A DNA stretch of 64,000 nucleotides, from NCBI GenBank assembly GCA_030264375.1, contig JASCQW010000132.1, forward strand, positions 88,253,536-88,317,535, given 5' to 3'. Both the position numbers and the translations under genes were made by a program. The DNA is from Carcharhinus longimanus. Taxonomy: Eukaryota. Below are positions 23,994-37,126 of this stretch, piece by piece. Under the pieces are notes generated by a model. The model did no database searches. It saw only the letters and a program-made list of their open reading frames with translations, and was not told the DNA's origin. How positions within the stretch are numbered: position 1 is the stretch's first letter; each line of letters opens with the position of its first letter.

Positions 23994-26900
23994 TAAATTC
24001 TGCTCATCTTTTCACTGTCTGAAATGTAAAATTGTTGGAAGATAATGTTTAAAATGTGACTTCTGAATATGCAAGAATGATCTAATTCTTAATTTTTTCA
24101 ATTTGTTTTTAGCCAGTGTTGCCATGGAAGCTACATAAGAACGGGAAGGATGAATTCATCCATCATAATTCATTGCTCCAGTGTACCATTTGTCCTGACA
24201 GTGTTGAATACAATTATCTGATTTTCATCTAAAGAAAAAAAAATGGTTTGTAGCTTCTAACTTAATCTAATTTTAAAAATAGAAATAGCTAAAGAAATAG
24301 GTCTAGAGTAACAACCACAATGCAAACAGTGTACAGACTGCTCAAAGCTAATTTCACACAATGGCAAGGCGTCACAGCACTTTGGTTGCCAGTATGCTGT
24401 GCCATGCAGCACTAGGATGTGAGCACATGTATGAGTTTGCCATGCAACAAATTTACTGTCTTGACCATGCTGTGCAGAGGTGTCAGGCAGAGATGCCCTC
24501 ACTGGGAGGAGAAAAGGCAGAAAAGGTCAGACAGGAACCATCCCCCTTGACTCCCTGTAGGGTCCAATGACATTGGGAGATCACCAAGAATGCACACAAC
24601 AGTCAGAGTAAAGTGTGAGAAAACAAAAGCATGAAAAAGAAAGAAAATCTTACTCGTGCCTTTGTACGTCTTACTGCTCTGTCTTGCCATTTAAATGACA
24701 CTTTCTGGGATGTTTGACATACCGTTCACCCTGTTTAACAAGTGCTTAAGAATTTATTTGAACGCTGTGTGAATGAANNNNNNNNNNAGTGTTACAAATG
24801 AACTTAGCACCTTTGATGATATGAATTGATGACTAAAGTGGCACAATGCACAGTGCCAATGGAGACATGATTATTGTGGAATTGGCTGAAGAGGGCAGAG
24901 TGTGATTCAACAGCTGCAGACGGAGTGCATGTGTCTCCTTACACGCACTGGAAAATGTGAAGGTGCTTCAGGTGAATACTGTACTGTTTTTCCCACTTGG
25001 GGGAGCTGCTGTAAGCTGGCCAGGCACCAGCAGAGACTTATTATTAAAACAAGCAGTTTTCTCACTGGAAAAGCCTTGCATCCTGATGGGATAACCACTG
25101 AATTTGTGAGTAGGTCACAGACAGCCAAATAAAAGACTGTTCAGTCAACAGCTGATCACATAGGCAATTCAATTCATGTTAAATACACAGATACCAAATA
25201 GTACTATACACTGAGTAAAGTATGTTCTAGAATTTATTAACATTTTAGCTTTGTTTCTCTTTTAGCCCAGGCACTTTAAAGATTGTTAAATATATATTAC
25301 TTCTTGAAATTCTTCAGCACTTCTTAAAATTCTATAAACCCAGGAAATAAGGGTACTTCCTTGTCTTTCACACTTTATTTAAAGCTCCACAAATGTGTTT
25401 ACAGTAAATGTCTATTGTTTAAATGCACTTTGATAAAACTGAAGATTAGCAAAAACCTAATGTGGTTGTAAATTTGTGTGCATTTAATATATTTCCTCAT
25501 TAATTTTTCCCCTTTCTGCTGTTCTCTTCTGCTGAAGACACTGAAACATTAGATTATATATCCTATTTTTTACTGAAGTGCTCACTCTTCATACATGAAA
25601 CCAGACAGTAAGATTGGATGACTATTTGATGATACTTAGCATCATTTCTAAGTCCTGTTCTTCTTCAACTTCTACCGATGCTCATTTTCAAGTAGCGGGG
25701 GGGGGGGGGGTGGAAAAAAAAACAGAAAAGCAAAACAAGTTGACNNNNNNNNNNNNNNNNNNNNNNNNNNNNNNNNNNNNNNNNNNNNNNNNNNNNNNNN
25801 NNNNNNNNNNNNNNNNNNNNNNNNNNNNNNNNNNNNNNNNNNNNNNNNNNNNNNNNNNNNNNNNNNNNNNNNNNNNNNNNNNNNNNNNNNNNNNNNNNNN
25901 NNNNNNNNNNNNNNNNNNNNNNNNNNNNNNNNNNNNNNNNNNNNNNNNNNNNNNNNNNNNNNNNNNNNNNNNNNNNNNNNNNNNNNNNNNNNNNNNNNNN
26001 NNNNNNNNNNNNNNNNNNNNNNNNNNNNNNNNNNNNNNNNNNNNNNNNNNNNNNNNNNNNNNNNNNNNNNNNNNNNNNNNNNNNNNNNNNNNNNNNNNNN
26101 NNNNNNNNNNNNNNNNNNNNNNNNNNNNNNNNNNNNNNNNNNNNNNNNNNNNNNNNNNNNNNNNNNNNNNNNNNNNNNNNNNNNNNNNNNNNNNNNNNNN
26201 NNNNNNNNNNNNNNNNNNNNNNNNNNNNNNNNNNNNNNNNNNNNNNNNNNNNNNNNNNNNNNNNNNNNNNNNNNNNNNNNNNNNNNNNNNNNNNNNNNNN
26301 NNNNNNNNNNNNNNNNNNNNNNNNNNNNNNNNNNNNNNNNNNAGAGAGTGGGGGAGAGAGATGGTTCGAAACGACACCAACAGCTCAGCTTAGACTCCCA
26401 TTCTGACTGAGTTAGATTGGGACCTGCCTCCTCATCTGTTCCCAAGAGAGGAAAACAATGGCTCACCACCAATGATAAAAACTGCCAAGAAAACCAACAG
26501 CAGACAATGAGCCAAGATACTGACTTTGGGCAGGTCACACATCACACACCATGAGTATACACACACGGTGCATACACATATTGCATATTATAAACACAGT
26601 ATATAATAGATACAGAGCGCATAGACATACACTGATAATAGAGACATTGTGCAAATTAGACAATGTAATACATAAACAGTGCAGACAGGGTGGGATTTTC
26701 CATTCTCTGCACAGAGAGTTGGCTGAGGTGAGAAAACTGGCGTGTAGCTCGCACAGCTAGCTTTTCACTCCACATAATCCAGCATTCTGTGCAAAAGAAA
26801 TCTGCAGGCGTGGCCCACACATTCACGCTGGGGGCAGTGCAAAGAGGCAACGCCAGGATACAGCCAAGCCATGTCCCTCTCCCTTCGAGGGTTATACTTA

Positions 26901-28076
26901 CCTGTGAGCCACTGGTAATAGCGTAGACATGCACAGTACAAAGCAGATGCAAAGTGCAGAATATACACATGGTATATAAGACATGAAAGGGTGTAAGGGG
27001 TGGGTTTGCTGCACTCTTTACAGTGTCTTGTCCTGTATAGCTCCTCACGTTCACCTAGCTCTCACCTGCTCCTCGAAATAGTTGTTGGCAACCATATTCC
27101 TGGAAACTGCTTCGACAGGCCAGCCGAACCAAGTTAGAGCAGTCATTGGGAGCTGCTACCTTGGCAACTTAGGAATTAATCTTTCCTGGCCTACCTATGT
27201 GAAGGCTAATTCTGGCAGACTAGTAAATGAGACCAATCTGAGGCCCAATGGTTTTGGAGGCTGGTCAGCATTGTGTATGAACACCTAGAGTTCAACAAAA
27301 CACAAAAAATGTCCTGACCATCCACTGTATCCGAATCTATCTCCAGCTGTCTAAATTTGGCTTGCCACTGGACCAAGATAGGTCAGGACTGAGGGAGAGA
27401 GAGAGGCTGATGACATGCAATTCTCTCTCAACAAAACCCAATTCATGAGCAAATCATGATCACTATCTTTGATCTGTCACCCATCATTTAGCTGTTGTAA
27501 GTCCTGTGGTGATAGGTGACCAATGTTGCTGTAGGTATGGATTCACTGAGAGCTGTAGTTGTGAACATGCACGCAGCTGGTTCAAGCCCATTTTTTGCTG
27601 GAATGAAGTAGAAGTGGAACTCAACAACTCCCTGAGTGACTCAATTACTTGCTTTATTTCTTTCTAAAATAAACTTAAAGGGTTTAGCTATAACCAGAGA
27701 GTGCAAAGTTGTGATTTGCTCTTCTTGTTCCCTGTGGGAGGCTGGGCACATTTTCAGTGCCCCGGGCCAGCATGTGTTGCAACTCCTGGAAGCTCGATTT
27801 TCAGAGCTTGGAGAATCCGTAAATCTGAGAGCATTGTGGATAGCACATTTCAGAGGTGGCCACACCACAGCTAAAGGGACTTGAGGAAGGAAGGGAATGA
27901 GTGACCACCAGGCAGTCCAAGAGATGTAGGCAGGTGGTTCAAGAGTACCCTGGGGTCTCATTTGCAAATCAGTATTCAATTTTGGAGGCTGATGAAGGCG
28001 CTGGCTCCTCCAGGAAGTGCAGGCAGAGCCAAGCTTCTGGCACCACAAGCAGCCTGTCTGTACGAGGGGGAACACA

Positions 28077-28144
28077 GTAAAAAGTCTGACAACACCAGGT
28101 TTTAGTCCAACCTATTTATTTGATAATATACTCACTAGCTTTCG
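28077..28144 (-). mobile_element. Penelope terminal-repeat arm entering a gap
   Basis: gtaaaaagtctgacaacaccaggttttagtccaac...cactagctttcg. Confidence 0.75.
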
Positions 28145-28244
28145 NNNNNNNNNNNNNNNNNNNNNNNNNNNNNNNNNNNNNNNNNNNNNNNNNNNNNNNN
28201 NNNNNNNNNNNNNNNNNNNNNNNNNNNNNNNNNNNNNNNNNNNN

Positions 28245-28550
28245 GCCTAGCATTTATTGCCCATCCCTAAGGACATTTAAGAGTAAAATACATAGCTGTG
28301 GCTCTGGAGTCACATGTAGGCCAGACCAGGTAAGGACAGCAGATTTCCTCCCTAAAGGACATTAATGAACGAGATGGGTTTTTATGACAATTGACAATGG
28401 TTTCATGGTCATCATTAGACTTTTAATTCCAGATTTTTATTGAATTCAAATTTAACCATTAGCTGTGGTGGGATTTGAAATCGTGTGAGAATTACCCTGG
28501 GATTCTGGATTACTAGTCCAGCAACAATACCACTGCATTCTGCCTCCCCT
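28245..28550 (-). mobile_element. tRNA-derived SINE with LINE-derived tail (same family as 50112-50600)
   Basis: cagcatttattgcccatcccta-type tail; ggtgggatttgaa and ctggattactagtccag head motifs. Confidence 0.75.
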
Positions 28551-30675
28551 ATTGGTAGCCTTCTAACCACTTCCCACATTTTAGATTCAGAAATACCCTG
28601 TCTTCACCTCTCTGCATAACTTCATTGATGAGAAGTTCTGCCACCTTCTTTGATGCTTACAAGAAGCAGAGATGCTGATGTGGCAGAACCAAACGCTAGC
28701 AGATTTGGAGCCTACTTTGCCAGCAAAAATCTCACTACAAAATCCAACAGATGATCATTTAAAGATGACAGTTTTTTTAAAATTGTGGTTATAATTTCAA
28801 ACCACAAGAACTTGACAAATTGATTTAATGAGAATGATATCAGTAACAAACTCCAATTAATTATCACTTAATCTTCCAAATACTGGACGGCACAAATACA
28901 GAAATTTGATGTGAAGCACTATAGTTAACCCAGACTTTTAACATTGCTGAATTATGCAATGTTCACAATTATCAGATATCTCTTGCTATGCACCTTTGCT
29001 GCTGTGTAATATTCACACACAACCACTTATATACTCTTCTTCGTCTATCTTTATTTTATCTCAATATATTTTAGATTTGCACAAAGCATAGTGATTGACT
29101 CAATCCTAAAAGATCAGCACTGAAAACATGTTACAATTGTACTGAGTTACACCCCTGTCTGGGAATAAGTCATATTTAACACTTCCTCTGTAGGAATTCT
29201 GGTATCTGTGTTGAATCAACTGTTTCCTAGACTCATTTGAGATTAATTTAGTTTCTTATTTTATAAGAAGGAGAAGATTTTTTTGCTTTATCATTAAGTC
29301 AATGCTGAACAATAAAACATTTGTCAATTTCTTCCACTCAGCGTTACTGTCAGTGCTCCAAGGAAAGGTAACAGCATGTGAGATGCAAAGCTTCCTCTAT
29401 TCTGCCCAACATTGCATCTTCATGCAGCTTCAGAAGAATTCTCCTTACTTTACCAGTGTTGTGGGGTAATTGAGATGACCAGAACTATTTTAACTATAGA
29501 CGATGCAAAACTCACAAGGCAGATATCTCTGTATAAAGATGTAACATTTATTTAAAACAACAAGCAGCTGCAAGGAGATCATCAAAAGCATTAAGTAGCT
29601 CTGAGATAGAGTGACAGAGCCTGTCAGATGAATCTAACGTATACAATCGAAAACAGATCAATTAAAGCTTTACTTATCTATCATTCCCACCTTTCATTAG
29701 TTTAAATCAATTACATTTAACATACACATATTAATAATACTCTCTGACATTCATCTCAGCCAACTGCATTCTACCATTCAGCATAGTGATATTTCATTCG
29801 GACCCTAACTCCCATCTTGGAGGAAATCACTTCCTTTGTTGCTTGGTTACTAGACGCTTACTACAGGGGTCAAAGTGGACGTTAGCACTGGATTGTTGCC
29901 AAACTGGATAAACATGTGATCCCATGTCCAGGCACGTCCTTATCCTAAGTCTAAACAATGAATAAACCCATTCATAAATGTTGCAATATATGTTCCCGCA
30001 TAAGAAACTTTCTGATATGAATTTTACTTCCCAGGCATTTGGTTCTAAATTATTGGCCTTTATCATCATGCCTTGCGGTAACCTGCTTTGGGCTGAAGTG
30101 AACAATGACTCATACAATACGTAAAATACATTAAAATATCTACATATATGTTTAAAATAATTACTTGTTTAATTCTTTTACTGCATCCACATATATGTAA
30201 ACTATTCTCTCATTGGTTTATTAACTTGTTTCAAGAATCATTTAACTCTCTACTGGTAGTCTTGTCAAAATTCTGTTTGAAAACCTTATTAACTGGTTGG
30301 AAATTTCCTACATCAACCAGCATGATGTAATTGCCATTCCATGGTGTGGTCTCTCGGCTAGATTTCAACTCTGTCCTTAAAGAACCAAGAACTGTGTTCT
30401 CAACACCATTCTGTTCTTTTCAAGACAATTCTAACCCAACTCAGAACATGCAAACTTTGATGTTTGTGGCAACACATATTAAATGTAACATGATTACTCT
30501 GAATACTGTAATATTTGAGGCAAAATTTGAATCTTCACCGAACATTGTAATTAAAATTGGATTGGTTATTTAAGAGATAGATGATCCACTCCAGCCAATT
30601 AATTACCATGGGGAGAAGAGTTAACAACTTACCTCATGGAGTGTGGGCCGGTTAGATCAGATGATCAGATCAGAT

Positions 30676-30885
30676 TAGGTCAGATGAGTCCAAAGATGTG
30701 CAGGTTATGTTGATTGGTCATGCTAAGAAATTGCCTCTTAGTGTCCAGGGATGTGTAGGTAAGAGGGATTAGTGGGCATAATATATAGGGATATGGGGAG
30801 AGGGCTTGGGTGGGATTATGTTTGGTGCAGACTCGATGGGCCAAAGGGCCTCTTTCTGCACTGTAGGGTTCTATGGTTCTACGAT
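30676..30885 (+). mobile_element. HE1 SINE 3' half
   Basis: gtccaaagatgtgcaggtta...ctgtagggttctatggttcta. Confidence 0.85.
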
Positions 30886-30972
30886 ATTCTAGATCACAGT
30901 CAGAGCATTTACAAATTCTGCTTATCCAGTATTCATGTTTCATTACAGGCATAGCAATCATAGATTGCAATG

Positions 30973-31275
30973 AGCAGCACGGTGACACAGTGATAACACT
31001 GCTACCTCACAGTACCAGGGACCCGGGTTCAATTCCAGCCTCAGGGAACTGTCTGTGTGGAGTTTGCACATTCTCCCCATGTCTGCATGCGTTTTCTCCA
31101 GGGTATTCTGGTTTCCTCCCACAATCCAAAGTGCAGATTAGGTGGATTGGCCGTACTAAATTGATCTTAGTGTCTGGGGGATTTGCAGGTAAATATGTGG
31201 AGTTTGGGGAATAGGCCTGGGTGGGATTGTGGTCAGTGCAGACTTGATGGGCTGAACGGCCTCCTTTGGCCCTTA
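30973..31275 (+). mobile_element. HE1 SINE
   Basis: gcagcacggtgacacagtg...gacccgggttcaattcc...ggagtttgcacattctcccc. Confidence 0.9.
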
Positions 31276-31299
31276 GAGTCTGTACTGATTTCAATCTCA

Positions 31300-31542
31300 C
31301 CCGGGTCCTATTCCTACAATCCAACATATTTACCCTGCTAATCCTCTGACATTAGGGTCAATTTAACATGGCCAGTCAACCTAACCTGCACATTTTTGGA
31401 CCATTGGAGGAAACTAGAGCACCCAGAGGAAACACACGTAGATGTGGGAAGAATGTACAGACTCCATACAGTCATCTAAGGCTGGAATTGAACCCGGGTC
31501 CCTAGTATTGTGAGGCAGCAGTGCTAACCACTATGCCACCAT
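31300..31542 (-). mobile_element. HE1 SINE, inverted relative to 30973-31275
   Basis: ggaattgaacccgggtccc...tgtgaggcagcagtgctaaccactatgccacc. Confidence 0.85.
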
Positions 31543-31769
31543 GATAATATGACAGACAAGGCAGCAAGTAAAATAAGGATATGGAAGGAGGCAACGGGGG
31601 GGCGGAGGTGCGAGTATAGGTATTACATATTAACTGAATATAAAGGAGGCCTCTTTGACCTCTTTAACATTGGCAAGCTGAAAAAATGGGGTGGGAAGAA
31701 GAAGTTATAAATAAGCTAAACATTTATTTTGTCGATCATGGAAGTCCAAATGAGATTTTTTCAATCAAT

Positions 31770-32520
31770 GAGTGACCATTGAGGGAAAGAAGAATTCATA
31801 TAGCAATATGAGCTCATGTTATTGGCTGACTAGAGTGTCACAAGAATCCAGTAGCAAGGCAGAGGCAGCTGAAACTATTCACATTTCATTAGTACTTCTG
31901 GCACAAAGCTGGTACACTTCACCAATCTGACTGGTAACAATATACCAAGTGAGATACTGGACAGTCCAACAGCTCAAAAATGATTTGAGAGAGTGAATAA
32001 GATCTTTCTCTCTATAACAAGATGATTTCTGAAACCTGAAATGAAAGATAGCAAGTATTGTAAAAGGAAAGCTTTGTCTGGAAAGAAAACAGGCTCAGCT
32101 ACAAAATGATGCTCGCGAACTTGATAAGTGTGAAGAAAGGGAAGCTTAAAATTCAGACAGTGAAGAAATGGAAAAGTACAACACAAAGTGTATGCTGGAT
32201 ACAATCTTGCCAAAAATGGAAAAACATTTCATGAAACACCACACACTTTTAGAAAACAGCATTCATGAATTGGAGCAAGACCTCAGAATCAGATCAGTCA
32301 CCCCATCATGTAAGCAGGTCTATCCGGACAGAGCACAGTCACAAAACCACAACAAAAGAGACAGCAGAACAAAACATTGTGGCTGGTCATTGTTAAAAGA
32401 GTGAGACATCAAAAACCTCAAAAACAAATAGGCTCACATCAAGATTACAAAGAATAAGTCCCTATCACAACAACCACAGCAATCCAAAACCACATAAACT
32501 GTTCACATTAGAATTAATGA
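31770..32520 (+). mobile_element. Highly decayed Gypsy-type gag relic (tentative)
   Basis: Fragments LKPEM..SIV..KALS..QLQND..LDK..IRQ*EE recall the gag motif IRDRIVVG..D..LS..LQL..LTL.KA..IRQ.E. Confidence 0.35.
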
Positions 32521-33879
32521 TGATTAAATGCTCTAATGGGAAGCTTGATTTTCCTTTGAGGAGGAAGTTGCATGGATATCGAAGTGAAATTACGGATTGT
32601 GTTTTCCCATCCTGATGCAGCATGTAATTGCATCAGATAGGTTTTACAAGTTGCAGATGGGACCCAATTCCTCGATTCCTATCCCAATTCCTATTACATT
32701 AACATAGGAAAAGGGGTGGGTTGGTGAACCCATGTTCAGCTGTCCCGACGTTGCCAGCCCCACTGTGGAAATGAGCAGCTTTTGAAGGTGACGCGGAGAT
32801 GTTGTGAACCTTGGAGAACTGTATGAAAGATAAGTTCAAAAGGTGTTGCCAACTTCATTTCATAATGAAATGATGATTCATATGTCATATACATTTTTCA
32901 TACAGTGATCAATAATAGGTTTGAAAAGGTTTTGACCAACAACAATGTAAAAGTGAAAATGTCTTCAGAAACATTACAATGCATTATGCAATGGGTAAAA
33001 TGCACTTCTGTGTTGTATAATAATGAAATTCAGATTTGACAGCGTAAATTGACCCCTCTGTTTTTGTTGAAGTTCAGCTCAGTCATCGTTGGCTGTTTCA
33101 AAGCCTCAACAGAAGATTGAGCCATTTAGTTCAGTTCATCCATCTATGTGGCTATTTCAAAGTTTTCATTGATGATTGATGTTCTCACTGTTTGCAAAGA
33201 CTTTGATATATTCAGCTTTGGAAGTTTTATTGACACAGTTGTTCAATGGAATCCTAATGAATGCTTGGCTGAGTTCCAAGCCCACTAATGGATTGAGATC
33301 AGCAAGAGATGTTCAATGGTACCTCAATTAATGTCAGTTCCAAACCCACTATTGGATTTGATTCAGCAAAGGTTGCCAAGTGGATTGTGAATTTACTTAG
33401 CATGACCAATTTATGAGTTTCTTAAAGACTTCCTGATGTTATTATAGGGTTCATGAGTTTTGTATATAGTGGATACTGTATGAGTGGCTTTGGAAGATAT
33501 GATGGAGGGAGGAGATGAGGAGCCAAGGACGTATAGGGGATTCTAGGTGTTGAGGGAAGTAGATAGAGTGGTGGAATAAGGGAGCCTTACATTCTTCTCG
33601 AACTGGTTTGATATTTCAAACAACAGAGGTGGCCCTTTAAAACTGGCCGTCTTGGTATCAACCTCCCTCTGTCTCTACCTTGGGCCTGCTGCAGGAAGTG
33701 GCAAGCATTTACCAGCCCATCCTCACCTCCCTGCCACTGCTAAACAAGAGGCGGGAGAACAATGTCAGAGATTCCCTTACTCCCAATTCCCACTTTCAAG
33801 ATGAAAATCCATCCCTTTGTATCCTTCCAACCTGGAGGTTGTCACTAGCAGCTACAGTGTAGAATTATAATCTGTGCAC

Positions 33880-35630
33880 ACTAAAGAGCACATTGATTTA
33901 GGTGTGGTGCAGGAAGGACAGTTTCAGATTCTGGGATCACTGGGACCATTTCTGGGTAAGGTGGGACATGTACAAGTGGGACAGTTTACATCTGAACCAG
34001 AAAGGGATGAACATCTTTGCTGGATGTTTTGCTGGTGCTGTTGGGAGGAGTTTGAACTAATTTGGCAGTGGGAGGGGATACAGACTGTTAGCAGAGAAAA
34101 GGGCCAGAATCAAATAGCAAAACAAATAAGTCAGAGGGAGTGCAGCTGTATAAGATTTCAAGGGAATAAAGCCAGGCTGGATGGCCTCTACTTTAAAACC
34201 AGGTAAAACACATGGGTTGAGGGCAGTGACTGACACGTGGAAATGTGATATAGTAGCCATCACAGAGACAGGGCAGGGAGGGGCAGGATTGGCAACTCAA
34301 CATTCTGGGATATAGAATCTTCAGGCGAGACAGGGGAGGACGTAAAAAAGGAGGAGGCATTGCATTATTAGTTAAGCAGTCAGTACTGCAGTGAGGAGAG
34401 ATGATGATATCTTGGAAGGAGCATCAAATGAAGCTTTGTGGGTAGAGCTTAGGTGTTAAAAAAGGTAGCCACATTGTTAGGTGTTTATAGATAGTCAGAG
34501 GGATATTGAGGAGCAGTTATGTGCTCAGTTTGTGGAGGTGCGTAATACCAATAATAATTGTTATTATATTAGGTGATTTCAACCTTCCCAACATTAGCTG
34601 GGATATACATAATGTTAAGGGCTTGGATGGAGTAGATGTCTTGAAATGCGTACAGGAGAACTTTTAAATCAATATGTGAAGGGTGCAACAAAGGAGGGAG
34701 CTGTGCTGGACTTGATTCTGGGGAATGAATCTGGACAGGTGGTTGAAGAGGTGGTGGGGGAGTATTTTAGTAATAGCAATCACAACATGGTACAAGTTAA
34801 GCTTGTATTGCACAAGGGAATAGATAAGCTGTTAAAAAAAGTCTTGGATTAGGAGAATTTTAGTAAAATAAGATAGGATCTGGCCAAGGTAGAGTGGAAG
34901 TAGCTTCTAATGGGAAAATTTATGTAAGAGCAGTGAGGGGCATTCAAAAAGGAAATGGAAAGGGTGCAATCCCAGCATGTTTGCTCTGAAGTGATAGGTA
35001 AGAATAACGAGCCCAGAGAACGATGGATGACCGGAGGTATTCAGGATACAATGAGAAGGAAAAGAAAGGCTTTTAAAAAGTACAAGGGGAGAAAATCAGT
35101 GGAGACATTAGTGAGGTATAGAAAGTGCAGGGTGGATCTTAAGAAGGCAATTAGGAATGCAAACAGAGGATATGAGGTAGCTCTGGTTGGTAAAAGTAGG
35201 GGAAATCCCAAGGTATTCCATAAGTATATCAATAGGAAAAGGATAACCAAGAAAAGAGTAGGGCCCATTAGGGATCAAGGGGGAAATCTGTGGGTGGAGC
35301 CAGAGGACATTGGTAGAGTGTTGAATGAATACTTCACATCCATCTTCACCCAAGAGAATGAGAGCAATGGTATGGAATTCAGGGAGAGAGATTGTGAGGT
35401 TCTTGAGCAAATTGACAGAGGGAAAGACAAAGTATTGGAAGTGCTGGCAGCCTTAAAAGTGGATAAATCTCCAAGTCCGAATGAATTATGCCTTAGGCCA
35501 CTGTGGGAGTCAAAGGAGGAGATTGCAGGGGTTCTGACCCAAATTTTCAATTCCTCTCTGGCCATGAGGAAGACAGCTGGAGGATATCTAATATTGTTCC
35601 ACTATTTAAGAAAGATTGTAGAGATAAGCC
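33880..35630 (+). mobile_element. CR1 LINE: end of ORF1, APE endonuclease and start of RT, disrupted
   Basis: DTWKCDIVAITET, LGDFNLPNI, ATKEGAVLDLILGNESGQV, GNPKVFHKYINRKR, LNEYFTSIFTQE, LKVDKSPSPNEL. Confidence 0.95.
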
Positions 35631-35975
35631 ATGGTTCTATGATTCTATGATTGAGAAGCCCTTTAAAGGACGACACTGCTCACCTCCCTACTATAGAAGA
35701 AGGAGCTAGAAAAAGTCCCTGAAATACTGTCTGCCTCACTTTCCTGGCCAACAGGCCACAGCTTGTAGGGGTCCCATCAATGTGATCATCAGTAGGTCTT
35801 GAATAAGAAGACAAAGATGAGACTGGTCACCATTAGAACACGTGCACTTGCCAAAACAAAAATGTTTGTCATTTGTAAGAGTTGGGTTTCTAGAGCTGAT
35901 TCCCCCATCTCTGTGTACCCGACCTGGAAGTGAAAATCTGGGCTGTTTGTACACTATCTTTCTATTGTACACTAT

Positions 35976-36099
35976 GGGCGGATTTTCTGGCCACATTTGC
36001 CCAAAACCGGAAAATTCCACTTGTGGCCAACGGACCTTTGGATACTCCATCCCTTGCCCAGTACAATTCCCATGGCAGGTGGGATGGGAAAATTCGCAC
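35976..36099. mobile_element. Approximately 125-bp Harbinger-type MITE
   Basis: TIRs gggcggattttc and ggaaaattcgcac; siblings at 42009-42134, 44716-44836, 57397-57520 and a partial copy at 36984. Confidence 0.75.
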
Positions 36100-36314
36100 T
36101 TTTTGTCTTATGCACTGTGTATCTATTATATCCTGTGGCTCAGATTATCACTTCAGGGTTTGGTTAACAGAGATTAGAAGTCAGGCCTGCTGCCCCAGAA
36201 CAAAAACAGCCCTTCATCCCAGGCCAACCTTCATCTCGCATGCACTCCCCTTGCTAACCTATGCCACTAGCTGATGCCCCACATCCACCCCCTCGTGTGC
36301 CTTCATATCAGAGA

Positions 36315-36565
36315 ATTATAGAATCATAGAACCTCTGCAGTCCTGAGTTGGCCCATCAAATTGGCACCAACTCTCATTTCCCCACTCATTTCCCCCCACA
36401 ACCCTGCTAATGTACACATCATGAGACATTAAGGAGCAATTTAGCATGACCAATCCTCCTAACCCATACATCTTTAGAAAGTGGGAAGAAACTGAAGCAG
36501 CCAGAGGAAACATCCACAGACGGGGGAGGGTGTGCAAACTCTACACAGTTACCCAAAGCTGTTCT
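36315..36565 (-). mobile_element. HE1 SINE, head-truncated
   Basis: atagaatcatagaacc tail; aatttagcatgaccaatcc; tgtgcaaactctacacag. Confidence 0.75.
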
Positions 36566-37126
36566 AACTTGTAAGGTGGGACATTCAGGGTCAGAGAGAG
36601 TAGGCTGTGAACCAGAAGTCAGTAATGTCACCCATTTTGAGGCACTCCTGGTACAGTTGCATCTGCACCAGAACTCATCATTTGGGGTCTGAAGCTTTTG
36701 CGGGGATGTTGGAATATCAATTTCTCCTGATAAGGTACAGTAGCTGAAGCCTGACATTCTCCAGCCACTCTACAGTTCAGGGGACATTCCACTGAAGCTG
36801 CAAAGGCTACATGTAAGGGAAGAGACAGTAATTCTTTCTGTTATCCAGAATCAGGAGTGCTCATTACTGAGCCACAGATCCTGCCCCAATTTGCAACTTA
36901 TTGAAGATCTGAACAATTAGAACAAACTGGATAAATTCAAGAAGTTATTTCACAGGCCTGGCGAAGTTCCAAACAGCTTAACAGGGTGGATTTTCTGGCT
37001 GAAAATTCACACCCGAGGTCAACGGAACTTTAAATAGTCCACCAAATTTCCTGTCCTGTCAGCACAGAGTCAGGGAGGAGTGTTCAACTGTGAAGTTACC
37101 CAGAAGTTAGATCTGATATTTTTCTG

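Noticed and set aside
23182-24045. Long ORFs in the track that cross N blocks (also 16115, 25614, 44259, 53541, 57708)
   Set aside because: Their length comes from untranslatable Ns
24654-24730. Minus-strand exon giving VNGMSNIPESVI*
   Set aside because: Weak pyrimidine tract, stops in all frames, and no phase-compatible upstream exon found
29457-29748. Possible solo LTR (TG...CA, minus-strand AATAAA)
   Set aside because: No matching TSD or terminal inverted match
30973-31050. tRNA genes at SINE heads
   Set aside because: A/B-box heads continue directly into V-SINE or Deu-SINE bodies; no independent cloverleaf
34955-35650. 231-aa ORF as a host gene
   Set aside because: It is CR1 ORF2 sequence inside a disrupted LINE
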